DNA of 40,944 nucleotides from Candidatus Kerfeldbacteria bacterium. Its GTDB lineage: Bacteria > Patescibacteriota > Patescibacteriia > SBBC01 > CAIJZX01. The position numbers and the translations under genes were made by a program. Location of the stretch: positions 1 to 40,944 of the forward strand of contig JAYUIJ010000092.1 in assembly GCA_043766165.1 (NCBI GenBank). The letters run 5' to 3'. Shown piece after piece: positions 15,990-24,955 of the stretch. Below the pieces are notes generated by a model. That model had not been told where the DNA came from and did not search any database. It worked only from the letters and a program-made list of their open reading frames with translations. Position 1 is the first letter of the stretch. Each line of letters opens with the position of its first letter.

Positions 15990-17264
15990 CTAAAACTTTC
16001 CAATTGAGAAGCCGAGCGAACAATTGCCGACGACGGTGTCAATTCGTTGGCTGGAACTACTCGCGAGTAGCGACGTCCGATTGCCCCAGGCGTATCCGGC
16101 GCCGCCCGACAACTCGACGGCAAAACAGTTGTATGGTAGTCGGAGCGAAATAGCCGGTCCGGCGTAGGACATGGTGTTGGTGAATCGATTGCTCGTGAGA
16201 TGACTCACGTGGCCGTACATTGCGCCGAGCTGTATTCGCCAGCCGTAGCGCTTGGCGGTTAACTGCTCAGTTGCAACCCGATGGCCACGAGTATCACGGT
16301 AGTGACCGCGCAGTTGAATGGATTGCAGCGGCGCCCAGTAGCCAGTGATAGAAAAATTGGCGCTGGGATTATTGAGGCGCGGGACGACACTGTTGTTTTT
16401 GAGTGAGACCCAGGTGACTTGATCTTCGCGCGGCTCAAAAATGGAGACGGTTCCGGTGGCGTCGAAGAATCGTCCGCCGAAGGTTAGTCCATATCCACCA
16501 ACCGCGGTGCCGTTCACAATGACGGATTGGTAATTGCTGGAAATCCAACCGCCGAGATCCTTGGGTTGGATAATCCGAAGCATTTCCAGATTCTTCAAAC
16601 GTTCGTTGTGGGCGGCGAGTGTATCTTCATCGACCTGGAGCCGAGCCTCCATCTTGTCTTGGCGAGCAGATACTTTTTTTATCCGGTCAATGATTCGATC
16701 TTCTACAATCTGTATGTCCGGCACGTACGCGACATCTTTCCGCATGGGATTAAACATGTGCGGCGGAAGTACGTACTTAGCCCAGACGACACCAGCGTAA
16801 CCAGTTGGCAGAAAGTGTCGACCAGCGATACTGTGCGTTAACCCTTCGAGCAGGAGATCGCGTCTGGCGACCTGCACGGTGTATTGGTGCATGTTGTTTA
16901 CGAATTCGCTGCTATCAGTAATCACTGGGTTGAAAGGCTTATCACTGGCTGAGCCAAAGGCAATTCCTAGTTCGTTACTTTCAAGACTGACGCGACGATC
17001 ATGATTGATGAAGATCTTGGTTTCTTCTCCATACGTCCACAAATCTTTTACATCGCACATCAGGACTTCAGTAATGTACGCCTTGACGGTCTCATCGTGG
17101 TACAACGAGTCAGCTTCGTCTTGTAAGATTTCACGAATGTCTTCGGGTACATCTTTCAGCTCCATGACCCTGACGTGTCCTTCATACTTAACACGCGCCT
17201 GTGCGACCACCGAGAGCAACAGCATACAGATCATCAGTATGAACATCCGAGCATAGCGCTTCAT
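15990..17264 (-). CDS. secreted protein, paralog B (N-terminal domain, coiled coil, beta-rich C-terminal domain)
   Basis: AAGGAGG lies 8 nt before the ATG at 17264 (MKRYARMFILMICMLLLSVVAQA); the ORF track starts at GTG 17270. RRDLLLEGLTHSIAG and NPMRKDVAYVPDI match paralog A. The C-terminus is strand-like and ends NCSLGFSIGKF. Confidence 0.7.
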   Translation of the reverse strand: MKRYARMFILMICMLLLSVVAQARVKYEGHVRVMELKDVPEDIREILQDEADSLYHDETVKAYITEVLMCDVKDLWTYGEETKIFINHDRRVSLESNELGIAFGSASDKPFNPVITDSSEFVNNMHQYTVQVARRDLLLEGLTHSIAGRHFLPTGYAGVVWAKYVLPPHMFNPMRKDVAYVPDIQIVEDRIIDRIKKVSARQDKMEARLQVDEDTLAAHNERLKNLEMLRIIQPKDLGGWISSNYQSVIVNGTAVGGYGLTFGGRFFDATGTVSIFEPREDQVTWVSLKNNSVVPRLNNPSANFSITGYWAPLQSIQLRGHYRDTRGHRVATEQLTAKRYGWRIQLGAMYGHVSHLTSNRFTNTMSYAGPAISLRLPYNCFAVELSGGAGYAWGNRTSLLASSSSQRIDTVVGNCSLGFSIGKF

Positions 17265-17402
17265 GGGCACGTCCTCCTTGTGCTGGAGCGGGGATGTTCA
17301 TTGAAAAAAGTACACCCCACCCGTTACCGTGTGAGGGATACGTCGCGATTGAATCGTTATCAATTGTCAACGAACGACAAAAGCTCTACAAGCTATGCCC
17401 GC

Positions 17403-17430
17403 AGCGTAGCAAAAGTTACGGATTTGTCAA
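17403..17430 (-). promoter_or_regulatory. sigma70-type promoter for paralog B
   Basis: Minus strand TTGACA-16 nt-TACGCT. AGCTCGCTAGC (17441-17451) and TAGCTCGTTAG (17464-17474) lie just upstream of the -35. Confidence 0.55.
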
Positions 17431-17519
17431 GAGGTTGAACAGCTCGCTAGCTCTTTGGCTTATTAGCTCGTTAGTTTTGTTGGTGTGTCCTGACGGACAC
17501 AGGGTATCGTTTCCTTCCT

Positions 17520-17758
17520 CACAGCGCACACTCTTCCCGCCCCTGAATATGTATAGAGTAGGCGAGATCCCGCTACATGGCGGTCCAGAGTGTGCTGTGA
17601 CGTTGGGGTAGTAGAGAGATACTAATATATTCCACAACGTACGCGCCTGTCCTCCTGCCTGCCTTCGGCTCTGACTTCACGGCCATGAGCTCGAAGCCGA
17701 ATGGGGCTCAGGCTTCGAAGAGAGGAGGGCGCGGGGAGGTAGGAGTCGCGTGCGTTGT
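17520..17758 (+). repeat. structured noncoding element, copy B
   Basis: Hairpin 1 at 17520-17599 (cacagcgcacactc ... gagtgtgctgtg, with a 54-nt insert in the loop). The conserved ctgtgacgt follows. Hairpin 2 at 17634-17758 (acaacgtacgcg ... cgcgtgcgttgt, with a 101-nt GC-rich insert). Confidence 0.55.
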
Positions 17759-17812
17759 CGTAGATGCACGGTAACATTTGTAGTACTACACTTTGTGTCA
17801 TTTACCATAACT

Positions 17813-17844
17813 ACGTAGCTGGGGGTTTAAACCCCCAGCTACGT
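17813..17844. terminator. 32-nt perfect palindrome downstream of 17867..18337
   Basis: acgtagctggggg-tttaaa-cccccagctacgt. No U-run, so it could be a terminator or a protein-binding palindrome. Confidence 0.45.
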
Positions 17845-17866
17845 GGGCATGCGTATCAGGCTGTAA

Positions 17867-18337
17867 CTACTGCGCTAACTCAGAGGCTTGTTCGTTGAGT
17901 TCGCTGACGGCGCTTTTAAAGGCACCAATGCTCGACAAGAGAATGCCTAAGAAAAATATTAGACCATAGATGCACGCGGGCATTGGTGAAAATCCAAACT
18001 TGAGAAAAAATACTTCATACACCGCCAAGTAGGCTGAAAATAAAGTCCCGGCAATCCCGAGCACGATTAAGGTGCGGATAACGCGGTGACCGGTTTTTGA
18101 TTGCAGTCCAACTACCGCCGTGATAAAGGTGATAAAGAAAACCACAAATCCGTAGATGCACGTCGGCTGACCAAAAATTTTAACGGCTTTTGGGCCCCCG
18201 CATGTGACAATACTACTCAGCGGACCCTGCGAACAACCGGAAGAAAAATAATTTCGGTATGATAAATAACCAGACATCAAAAGGCCAATCGCCGAAAAAA
18301 TGAGTACAGCTAGTAAGAAACGATTCGTGCGGTTCAT
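17867..18337 (-). CDS. 4-TM, four-cysteine membrane protein (VKOR/DsbB-like thiol oxidoreductase candidate)
   Basis: Four hydrophobic helices. Cys residues sit in SSGCSQG, VTCGG, QPTCIYG and MPACIYG, with no CXXC. Its ATG overlaps the gpsA-like stop (ATGA) in the DsbA operon. The function call is tentative. Confidence 0.4.
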   Translation of the reverse strand: MNRTNRFLLAVLIFSAIGLLMSGYLSYRNYFSSGCSQGPLSSIVTCGGPKAVKIFGQPTCIYGFVVFFITFITAVVGLQSKTGHRVIRTLIVLGIAGTLFSAYLAVYEVFFLKFGFSPMPACIYGLIFFLGILLSSIGAFKSAVSELNEQASELAQ

Positions 18338-19242
18338 AGGGATGGAGCGAGTGAAGTGAGCCGTTGTGAAAAAATAGCTGGCGGTTGTTGTCCGGACAAG
18401 ATTGAGGGCAGTGCGTTGATCAAGGGAAAGCGTTCAGGTTGTGGTAACCGTTTCATGATCGACGGTAAGGTAATTGTTGCCTCGCATGAACGGAGTAATC
18501 GACCATGGTGTCCAAGATCGAACCCAGTTTGCCGATTGAAAGACGTTGGACTGCTGGATGTTTGCCGAAAATCGGCGATCCCGGCAGCACTATGGAGAGT
18601 ATCAAGAGAAATGCCAATCGCCTGTCCACAAGCAATCAGTTCATATTGAGCGATAGCCAGCCATTGATCTAAGCGGTGCGACTCCCAACCAAGTCCAGCA
18701 CCAATTCCGACGGTGAAGGCATAAATGTTTTTTAAACAACCGCAGAGTGAAACGCCATATATATCTTTCGAGACCATCATAGTCAACGGTGTGTCGTTAA
18801 ACAAAGTGATAACATCTTCAGCTCGGGTACGATAGGTTGAACCGAGCACGCCTTCGCCGCTTTGGCCGTGATGCAGAACCTCGGACAACATTGGTCCGCC
18901 CAGAACGGCTCGCGGTTGATGAGGAATAATTTCATCCAGCACTTCCGCCATTGTCTTGCCGCTGTCAGCTTCACATCCCTTGGCCAGGGTGACAACTAGT
19001 GTTTCGGCAGATAACAATGGTTTGATGTGTCCAACCACTTCTCGTACTGTCCATGATGGTGTGCAGCAAAAAATAATATTGGCAGATGGCACAAGTTCTG
19101 CAACTGGTTCTTGATGCGGCACCCGCTGATCATTTTTATCCCACATGTTAACCTGAGCAGTCGATGAGCCTCGTTCAATCAAGTACGCCAACGCCTGACC
19201 AATGCGCCCGGCGCCGATGATCAGCACGTTAGAATTGGGCAT
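18334..19242 (-). CDS. gpsA: NAD(P)H-dependent glycerol-3-phosphate dehydrogenase-like protein (divergent GpsA family)
   Basis: LIIGAGRIGQALA (Rossmann), TLAKGCEADSGKTMAEV, VLGGPMLSEV, CGCLKNIYAFTVGIGAGLGW and AGIADFRQT..SFNRQTG are collinear with E. coli GpsA blocks (ATKGLE, SGPTFAKE, VKNVIAIGAG, GLGDLVLTC..SRNR). Several catalytic-region residues differ. Confidence 0.65.
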   Translation of the reverse strand: MPNSNVLIIGAGRIGQALAYLIERGSSTAQVNMWDKNDQRVPHQEPVAELVPSANIIFCCTPSWTVREVVGHIKPLLSAETLVVTLAKGCEADSGKTMAEVLDEIIPHQPRAVLGGPMLSEVLHHGQSGEGVLGSTYRTRAEDVITLFNDTPLTMMVSKDIYGVSLCGCLKNIYAFTVGIGAGLGWESHRLDQWLAIAQYELIACGQAIGISLDTLHSAAGIADFRQTSSSPTSFNRQTGFDLGHHGRLLRSCEATITLPSIMKRLPQPERFPLINALPSILSGQQPPAIFSQRLTSLAPSL

Positions 19243-19247
19243 GAAGA

Positions 19248-19991
19248 TTATGAACCGGCTAAGACGCCGTCAATAACTTTTGAAAAAGCATCAGCCCCGA
19301 CCGGATTCGTAATTTTTTTTCCGTTCAGGTAGAACGTTGGTGTACTGTTTACGCTGACCGCGTTACCGGAATCAATGTCGCGTTGCACTCGGGTCTTAAC
19401 GGTTGAAGAATCGAGGTCACCTTTAAATTTCTTTTCATCCAACTTCAATTCTTTTGCGTAGTCGATCAGTTTCTGTTTGACGTCTCCGGCTTTGACCCAA
19501 TCATCTTGGTTATCAAATAATTTATCATGCATCTCCCAATATTTATCCTGTAGTCCAGCGGCTTCCGCGGCTTGGGCGCCGAGTTGGGCGTATTGGTGTA
19601 ATGACGTTAACGGATAGTTACGATAGACGAGCGCTAGTTTGTCGCCATACTTTTCCTGCATCTGTTTAACCAATGGGTAGTATGCGCCGCAAGCGGGACA
19701 TTGATAGTCGCTGTACTCGATCAAGACCGCTTTCGCGTCGGATGAACCTTGAACATGATCTACTGTTGCATCCACTGCCGCGACATTGGCGTTCACTGAT
19801 CCGCCGCCTTGAGCGCTAATCACAATTAAGGTCATAATGCCGGCAATTACCACACCAACAATTGACCAAGTAATAATGTTCTTGGTTTTTTCCTGTCGCC
19901 GCGCTTCATTTCGCTTCTGCTCCTTCATTTCCTGTTTCAGATCGCGCTGTTGTTTAATTGTCGGCTGAGCGGGAGGTTGTTGGTCGGACAT
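19248..19991 (-). CDS. DsbA-family thiol:disulfide oxidoreductase, membrane-anchored
   Basis: N-terminal anchor IITWSIVGVVIAGIMTLIVI. Thioredoxin-fold active site YSDYQCPACGAYYP. C-terminal SVNSTPTFYLNG. Confidence 0.85.
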   Translation of the reverse strand: MSDQQPPAQPTIKQQRDLKQEMKEQKRNEARRQEKTKNIITWSIVGVVIAGIMTLIVISAQGGGSVNANVAAVDATVDHVQGSSDAKAVLIEYSDYQCPACGAYYPLVKQMQEKYGDKLALVYRNYPLTSLHQYAQLGAQAAEAAGLQDKYWEMHDKLFDNQDDWVKAGDVKQKLIDYAKELKLDEKKFKGDLDSSTVKTRVQRDIDSGNAVSVNSTPTFYLNGKKITNPVGADAFSKVIDGVLAGS

Positions 19992-20059
19992 AGGATAGAG
20001 AAAAAACTGTGAAGCTAAAAAAGATGATTCTACGCTACTACATAGTGTAGCATAGAAGG

Positions 20060-20281
20060 TTAACTATTTGCATGTTGTTGCGGCTGCACAGGATAACCAG
20101 CGTCGTTAAGAGTTTGTTGCAATTCGGCGGTGTCATGAAGTTCATGGGTAACCACCAACTGCCGAGTTCGCGCGTTGACCTCGGCTTTCTCAACGCCGGC
20201 CGTGTCCTCACAAATTCCTTCAATCATCATAGCGCACGAATGACAATCGAGTTTGAGAATATCAAAGGTGGTGGTGGACAT
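20060..20281 (-). CDS. copZ: heavy-metal-associated (HMA) domain copper chaperone
   Basis: MSTTTFDILKLDCHSCAMMIEGICEDTAGVEKAEVN... is a CxxC HMA fold. The ATG at 20281 is 3 nt after the upstream stop. The ORF-track N-terminal extension to 20437 overlaps the upstream gene and is His/Arg junk. Confidence 0.8.
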   Translation of the reverse strand: MSTTTFDILKLDCHSCAMMIEGICEDTAGVEKAEVNARTRQLVVTHELHDTAELQQTLNDAGYPVQPQQHANS

Positions 20282-20283
20282 AG

Positions 20284-21291
20284 TTAGATGGCTTGAATAG
20301 TACCGGTGAACATGCCCATGCCGCAGGTGTAGGTGTATGTACCGGTGCTGGGGAACGTGACGGTGAGATTCGAGGTCGACGTTGGTTGTAATGTTCGTTG
20401 AATGCCGAGTTTTGGAATTCGGAAAATACTGGTACAACTCAGTTTTCCGGGGACATCAAGTTTAATAGTTACAGGTTGACCGGCTGGGACAGTAATACTG
20501 TCTGGAATATATCCGGTCGGTAGAACCTGGATGGTGGGATTAGTTTCAGCGACCGCTGTTGAGTCGGCTGAGGATGAAGATAGTGCGCTTCGCAGAGCGG
20601 CCATTTCGCTGCGCCATGAATACGGCGAGTCAATCAGGTTGAGTACCGCGTTAAATGAATATATTCCAGTGGCGACTACTAACATCGCAGTCACATACTT
20701 CAATCGTGATTGGAGTAGCGTTGTCCCTTTGGCCAAGACGCCAATAATGAAAAATAACGGCACTGTCCCTAGTGTGAAGGCTAAGAGAATCGATCCGGCT
20801 TGCACCGCTGAACCAGTGGCCAGCGCCGCCGCTTCAATTGCTAGGGTTGTTCCACACGGAATGAGAATCGTCAACGCTCCCAGCATCATCGGCGCGATGA
20901 GGAGCTCGCTCTTAGAACTCCGACGTACAAACCGTCGCACGCTTGCCGGTGGCGTAATTGCTAACCACGGGAGCCAGTGCGGCCAGATCAAGCGGATGCC
21001 GGTGATAATCATGAACACCGCCGCTAGTCCTTGTAACCAAGCTCGTGCCGTGACCGACAACTGGAACTTGGCGCCGATCGCGCCCAGAAGAAAACCGAAC
21101 AGGGTATACACGAGAATCTTCGCGACCAAAAATCCGCTGACCGGTAAAACGAGTCGTTGCCAACCGGTCGTTTTTGTTTCGCCGTCCGTTTGTTGCTTAG
21201 CCAATAATCCAATCAGCAATCCACCTTGCACCGCAAGGCACGTTAATCCACCTGTTCCTAGTCCGGTTAAAAACGCAGTTAGAGTATTCAT
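20284..21291 (-). CDS. DsbD_2/TauE-like polytopic membrane protein fused to a C-terminal cupredoxin-like domain (putative metal transporter)
   Basis: N-terminal FLTGLGTGGLTCLAVQGG (C-x4-GG motif of the DsbD_2/UreH-like family) and 6+ TM segments. C-terminal ITVPAGQPVTIKLDVPGK...GTYTYTCGMGMFTGTIQAI matches the Cupredoxin_1 pattern. Confidence 0.55.
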   Translation of the reverse strand: MNTLTAFLTGLGTGGLTCLAVQGGLLIGLLAKQQTDGETKTTGWQRLVLPVSGFLVAKILVYTLFGFLLGAIGAKFQLSVTARAWLQGLAAVFMIITGIRLIWPHWLPWLAITPPASVRRFVRRSSKSELLIAPMMLGALTILIPCGTTLAIEAAALATGSAVQAGSILLAFTLGTVPLFFIIGVLAKGTTLLQSRLKYVTAMLVVATGIYSFNAVLNLIDSPYSWRSEMAALRSALSSSSADSTAVAETNPTIQVLPTGYIPDSITVPAGQPVTIKLDVPGKLSCTSIFRIPKLGIQRTLQPTSTSNLTVTFPSTGTYTYTCGMGMFTGTIQAI

Positions 21292-21295
21292 AGCA

Positions 21296-23473
21296 TTATT
21301 TTATTTTACGCATCCGAGCAATGCGGAGGCTATTACCTACAACGCTGAAACTTGATAAGGCCATAGCAGCCGAAGCAATGATCGGACTCAGGAGCCCAAA
21401 CGCCGCGATGGGTACCGCCACAATATTATACACGAAAGCCCAGAATAAGTTTTGTTGAATAACCTGGAACGTGCGTCGTGATAACTGCAGCGATTCAGCA
21501 ACTTTCAGCGGACTACCTTGAACGAGGACAATGTGGCCGGCTTCAATCGCGATATCCGTTCCGGTACCCATGGCAATCCCTAAGTCAGCTTGGGCGAGAG
21601 CTGGCGCGTCATTGATCCCGTCACCAACAAAGACTACTTTTTTTCCTTGAGCCTGAAGTTTTTTTACTTCATCCGCTTTTCCGCCCGGCAAGATGTGAGC
21701 AATAACCTGCTTGATACCAAGTTGCTTGGCTATCGCTTCAGCTGTAGCTTGGTTGTCACCGGTTAACATTACCACAGTTAATTCAGCATTGTGCAATTGG
21801 TCAACCGCTGCTTGAGCATCAGACTTGACTGTATCTGCGATGGCGATTACGCCCAGAACTTTTCCATCTTGCGCAGCGACAATCGTTGTTTTTGCTTCGG
21901 CTTGTAAACGGTCAATATCGGATTGGACGGTAGTAACATCGACGCCCTGTTCAATCATGAAACGCGGATTGCCGATGAGCACGGTTTTTCCGTTGATGAT
22001 TCCTTGGAGTCCCTTGCCGCTGGTGATGCTGAACTTTTCTACCTTCAATAGTTCTAGATGTTGTTCATCCGCGGCGCGAACGATCGCCGCCCCTAGCGGA
22101 TGCTCAGATAATTTCTCCAGGCTGGCGACAAGTTGCAGGACGGTATTCGTGCTTGCCCCAGCCTGTGGAAGTATATCTGTCACTGTTGGCTTTCCTTCAG
22201 TCAGGGTTCCGGTTTTATCAAACATGACGACATCAATTTTCTTGGCGCGTTCAAGTGACTCACCATTCTTGATCAAGATGCCGCGCTTTGCCCCAAGTCC
22301 AGTCCCCACCATCATCGCCGTCGGCGTCGCCAACCCAAGCGCACACGGACAGGCGATGACTAATACTGCGACGGCCGCTTCGATGCTTCGGGAAATGTCG
22401 TGACCACTGAATAACCATGCTCCAAGCGTGACGACGCTAATACCTAAAACAATTGGCACAAATATTCCGGAAACCCGATCGGCCAGTTTTTGAATCGGCG
22501 CTTTTTCCGTTTGCGCGTTATTCACCATTTTGACGATCTGCGCCAACATGGTATCGGCACCAACGCTGGTCGCTTCGATTTCGATTGCGCTGTTGGTCGA
22601 GATGGTGGCTGCGAACACGGAGTCGCCAATGCGCTTAGTGGACGGCAAGCTTTCACCGGTTAACATTGATTCATCAATACTGGATTCACCAGATCGAATA
22701 ACCCCGTCAACTGGAATCTTTTCGCCGGGCTTTACTAATAGCCGATCGCCTGGTTTTACTTGATCAACGGGCATGTCTTTCGTTTCACCGTTGACGATGA
22801 CGTGGGCTACTTTGGCCACCAGCTGCATCAACTTTTCGATGGCCGCTCCGGCTTGGCCGCGACTCTTCGCTTCCATCCATCGTCCGAGTAAAATGAACGC
22901 GGCGATGATCGAGCCGGTTTCGAAGTACATATGACCCGTACCACTCAGCCAGGCGTACCAACTCCAGAGCAATGCGACTAGTGTTCCAAACGAGACCAGA
23001 GAGTCCATGCCCGGCGCCAAATTCCGCATCTCACGAATCATCCCGCGATGAAATTCTTTGCCGATGACGATAATGACGATCGTTGAAATTACTGCTTGGA
23101 TCAGCAGCGACCATGTATCTTGATAGGCGGCCATCGGGATCATGGCTAACCACAAGACAGGGACTGATAATCCCAGTGCCCAGAGTGCTTTCCGTTTGGC
23201 ATCGGTTGCCGATGATTGCGGATGAACATGTCCTTTGCCTTGGTGATCATCGTGTCCGCCAATATGGTATCCATTTTTTTGGACAGCCATATGCATGTCG
23301 TGCTCATGCGCGCTATGATCGTGTGTTACTGATACTTGTCCAGTAGCAAAGTTGACTGTCGCGTCTTTCACGCCTGGGATTTTCTTTAAACTTCGTTCAT
23401 TCAAAGCCACGCACGACGCACAGCGCAGGTCGCTAATGGCAAATGTTGTGGTCGCGGTATTACCGTTTGGCAT
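21296..23473 (-). CDS. copA: copper-translocating P1B-type ATPase
   Basis: [22 protein letters not shown] ([11 protein letters not shown]), [17 protein letters not shown]. The likely start MPNGNTATT is at 23473; the ORF-track extension to 23734 overlaps the regulator gene. Confidence 0.9.
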   Translation of the reverse strand: MPNGNTATTTFAISDLRCASCVALNERSLKKIPGVKDATVNFATGQVSVTHDHSAHEHDMHMAVQKNGYHIGGHDDHQGKGHVHPQSSATDAKRKALWALGLSVPVLWLAMIPMAAYQDTWSLLIQAVISTIVIIVIGKEFHRGMIREMRNLAPGMDSLVSFGTLVALLWSWYAWLSGTGHMYFETGSIIAAFILLGRWMEAKSRGQAGAAIEKLMQLVAKVAHVIVNGETKDMPVDQVKPGDRLLVKPGEKIPVDGVIRSGESSIDESMLTGESLPSTKRIGDSVFAATISTNSAIEIEATSVGADTMLAQIVKMVNNAQTEKAPIQKLADRVSGIFVPIVLGISVVTLGAWLFSGHDISRSIEAAVAVLVIACPCALGLATPTAMMVGTGLGAKRGILIKNGESLERAKKIDVVMFDKTGTLTEGKPTVTDILPQAGASTNTVLQLVASLEKLSEHPLGAAIVRAADEQHLELLKVEKFSITSGKGLQGIINGKTVLIGNPRFMIEQGVDVTTVQSDIDRLQAEAKTTIVAAQDGKVLGVIAIADTVKSDAQAAVDQLHNAELTVVMLTGDNQATAEAIAKQLGIKQVIAHILPGGKADEVKKLQAQGKKVVFVGDGINDAPALAQADLGIAMGTGTDIAIEAGHIVLVQGSPLKVAESLQLSRRTFQVIQQNLFWAFVYNIVAVPIAAFGLLSPIIASAAMALSSFSVVGNSLRIARMRKIK

Positions 23474-23918
23474 ATTTTTCGGGTGAGGTGACGAAATGTT
23501 TCTGACAACCGGAAGCGCAAAAGAAATAGGTTGCCCCTTTGTAAATGGTTTGAAACGGTGTACCGGCTGGTTCAACCCACATCCTACACACGAGGTCCTG
23601 AACTTCCGATTTCTTCGTTTCCCGTGTTTTCGCTTTTTGTGGGGCGCTCGTTTCCTGCAGAATCTTGGTGATCTGTAAAAAACTTGGATGGGCCAACCGA
23701 TAGCGTATGTTCTTACTTTCCCGCTCAGCCACAATAATCCGGGCGACTTTCAATTCGCGGAGGTGTTGGCTGAGGTTAGCCTGCGGAAAGCCGGTCATGC
23801 GCTGAATATCTGTCGCCGTCAATTCTCGGCTACCCAACAAATGCACAATTTCTAGCCGTTTGGGGTGGCTGAGGGCTTTGAGGACTTTTGTTTCGTGTTG
23901 AAACACTGATACTTTCAT
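23460..23918 (-). CDS. ArsR/SmtB-family metalloregulator fused to a C-terminal YHS/TRASH metal-binding domain
   Basis: w[54 protein letters not shown]-terminal CRMWVEP...[17 protein letters not shown] (YHS-type). The 3' end overlaps the copA start by 14 nt. Confidence 0.8.
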   Translation of the reverse strand: MKVSVFQHETKVLKALSHPKRLEIVHLLGSRELTATDIQRMTGFPQANLSQHLRELKVARIIVAERESKNIRYRLAHPSFLQITKILQETSAPQKAKTRETKKSEVQDLVCRMWVEPAGTPFQTIYKGATYFFCASGCQKHFVTSPEKYAKR

Positions 23919-23963
23919 ATATTCGGTAAAACGAATATATCATACGTACGCAGAAATGGTCAA
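23917..23963 (-). promoter_or_regulatory. promoter plus palindromic operator of the ArsR-YHS/copA operon
   Basis: Perfect 9-6-9 palindrome atatattcg-gtaaaa-cgaatatat (23917-23940) overlaps the start codon and a putative -10 (ATATAT). TTGACC lies 17 nt upstream (rc of 23958-23963). Confidence 0.55.
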
Positions 23964-24107
23964 GGTCAACACCTCCCCTCAAAGAGTACTATTTATCAAA
24001 ATACATACAATTCAGATGTACTTACATAACTGCATTCCACAATGTACCCCTCCTTAATTAAGTAGGGGTACAAACACGACCCTCCTGATGTCTGATGTCA
24101 TATCAAA

Positions 24108-24144
24108 TAAAAATCCGCCCGGTGCAGTGGAGCACGGGGCGGGA
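24108..24144 (-). terminator. intrinsic terminator after 24168..24812
   Basis: Imperfect GC-rich hairpin cccgccccgtgc-N6-gcaccgggcgg followed by attttt on the minus strand. Confidence 0.55.
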
Positions 24145-24167
24145 AAAGCACTATCACATTCTACATA

Positions 24168-24812
24168 CTACTCATCATCTTCATCTCCAAAAAACTCATT
24201 CCAGATTTCTTCAATAACCTGGAACGGGCTGAAAAAGAGTAGACAAGGATCATCTTCTACATCGTCCATTTCCGTTTCAAAGAACTGATTGGCTTCTGTG
24301 TTCAATATTCCTATCTCTGGTTGGGTCAGTTTGCGTGGCGGCTGTACGGCAGTCTCCCATACGACCCCGAGTGCTTCGAGATCCTTGTTGTTATCGGTAG
24401 GTTTCTTGGGCGACGGAGTGCTGGGGCTGGGTGATGAGGGACGAGGGACTTTTGGTTGCTGTGGAGTTACCGAACTACTCTGCTTAAACGTTCGCGATGT
24501 CGTTGAATTCACTGGCTTTCGTTTCAATGCTTCGTGTACAAGTCCACGAAGCATTTCTGAAACTTTACCTTGAGCTAACCAGCCTGTTTCTGCTTCAACG
24601 ACTACTCGGGTATCATGAGCAACAACCCGTCCACTAATATCAAACCCTTGAGCGCTAAAACTAAATTGCAACTCGTTTCCGGACCAGCGTTCCTGGAAGT
24701 TTGAAAGCTGGTCGCCATACTCACGCTTTTTTTCGACTAGCGTGTCTTTCAGTCGTTGTACAACTTCACTAACCGGGTAGTTATGAAGTTCTTCAAAACG
24801 AATGCTTGCCAT
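24168..24812 (-). CDS. hypothetical protein with S/P-rich linker and acidic tail
   Basis: GGAGG lies 5 nt before the ATG at 24812 (MASIRFEEL...). By recollection the N-terminal ~95 aa resemble small 'polyhydroxyalkanoic acid system' family proteins, which is a weak call. The middle is PSSPSPSTPSPKKP and the end is DEDDE. Confidence 0.5.
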   Translation of the reverse strand: MASIRFEELHNYPVSEVVQRLKDTLVEKKREYGDQLSNFQERWSGNELQFSFSAQGFDISGRVVAHDTRVVVEAETGWLAQGKVSEMLRGLVHEALKRKPVNSTTSRTFKQSSSVTPQQPKVPRPSSPSPSTPSPKKPTDNNKDLEALGVVWETAVQPPRKLTQPEIGILNTEANQFFETEMDDVEDDPCLLFFSPFQVIEEIWNEFFGDEDDE

Positions 24813-24955
24813 ATTGACCTCCGTGGTATACGTACGACAGAGCAATGCTTTCACTACGTGTCACCATAAGTCTTGTCAAAGAACTGCTCACGTTATCACA
24901 AAACACTAGTTCAGTCAATGCCACTATGTTTCGGGAAATTCCTAAGTTACTAACC

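Noticed and set aside
20531-21355. Long plus-strand ORF (274 aa). Similar long antisense ORFs occur at 21825-22403, 5291-5782, 14779-15351, 13079-13588, 13605-14009, 2676-3167, 9277-9705, 30209-30649 and 32837-33280.
   Set aside because: Each lies entirely antisense to a CDS with strong motif support (CopA, S1, FtsH, ABC permease and others). They lack SD sites and promoters and have Ser/Arg/Pro-rich, low-information translations typical of shadow ORFs.
21296-23734. N-terminal extensions of several ORF-track entries: copA to 23734, copZ to 20437, csoR to 26785, the ABC ATPase to 7711, the hydrolase to 36515, rplS to 38326, and 3601-4674.
   Set aside because: The extensions overlap upstream genes, tRNA-Val, promoter elements or repeat arms, and translate to basic or low-complexity junk. 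Conserved family N-termini with SD or leaderless signals begin at the internal starts reported in the features.
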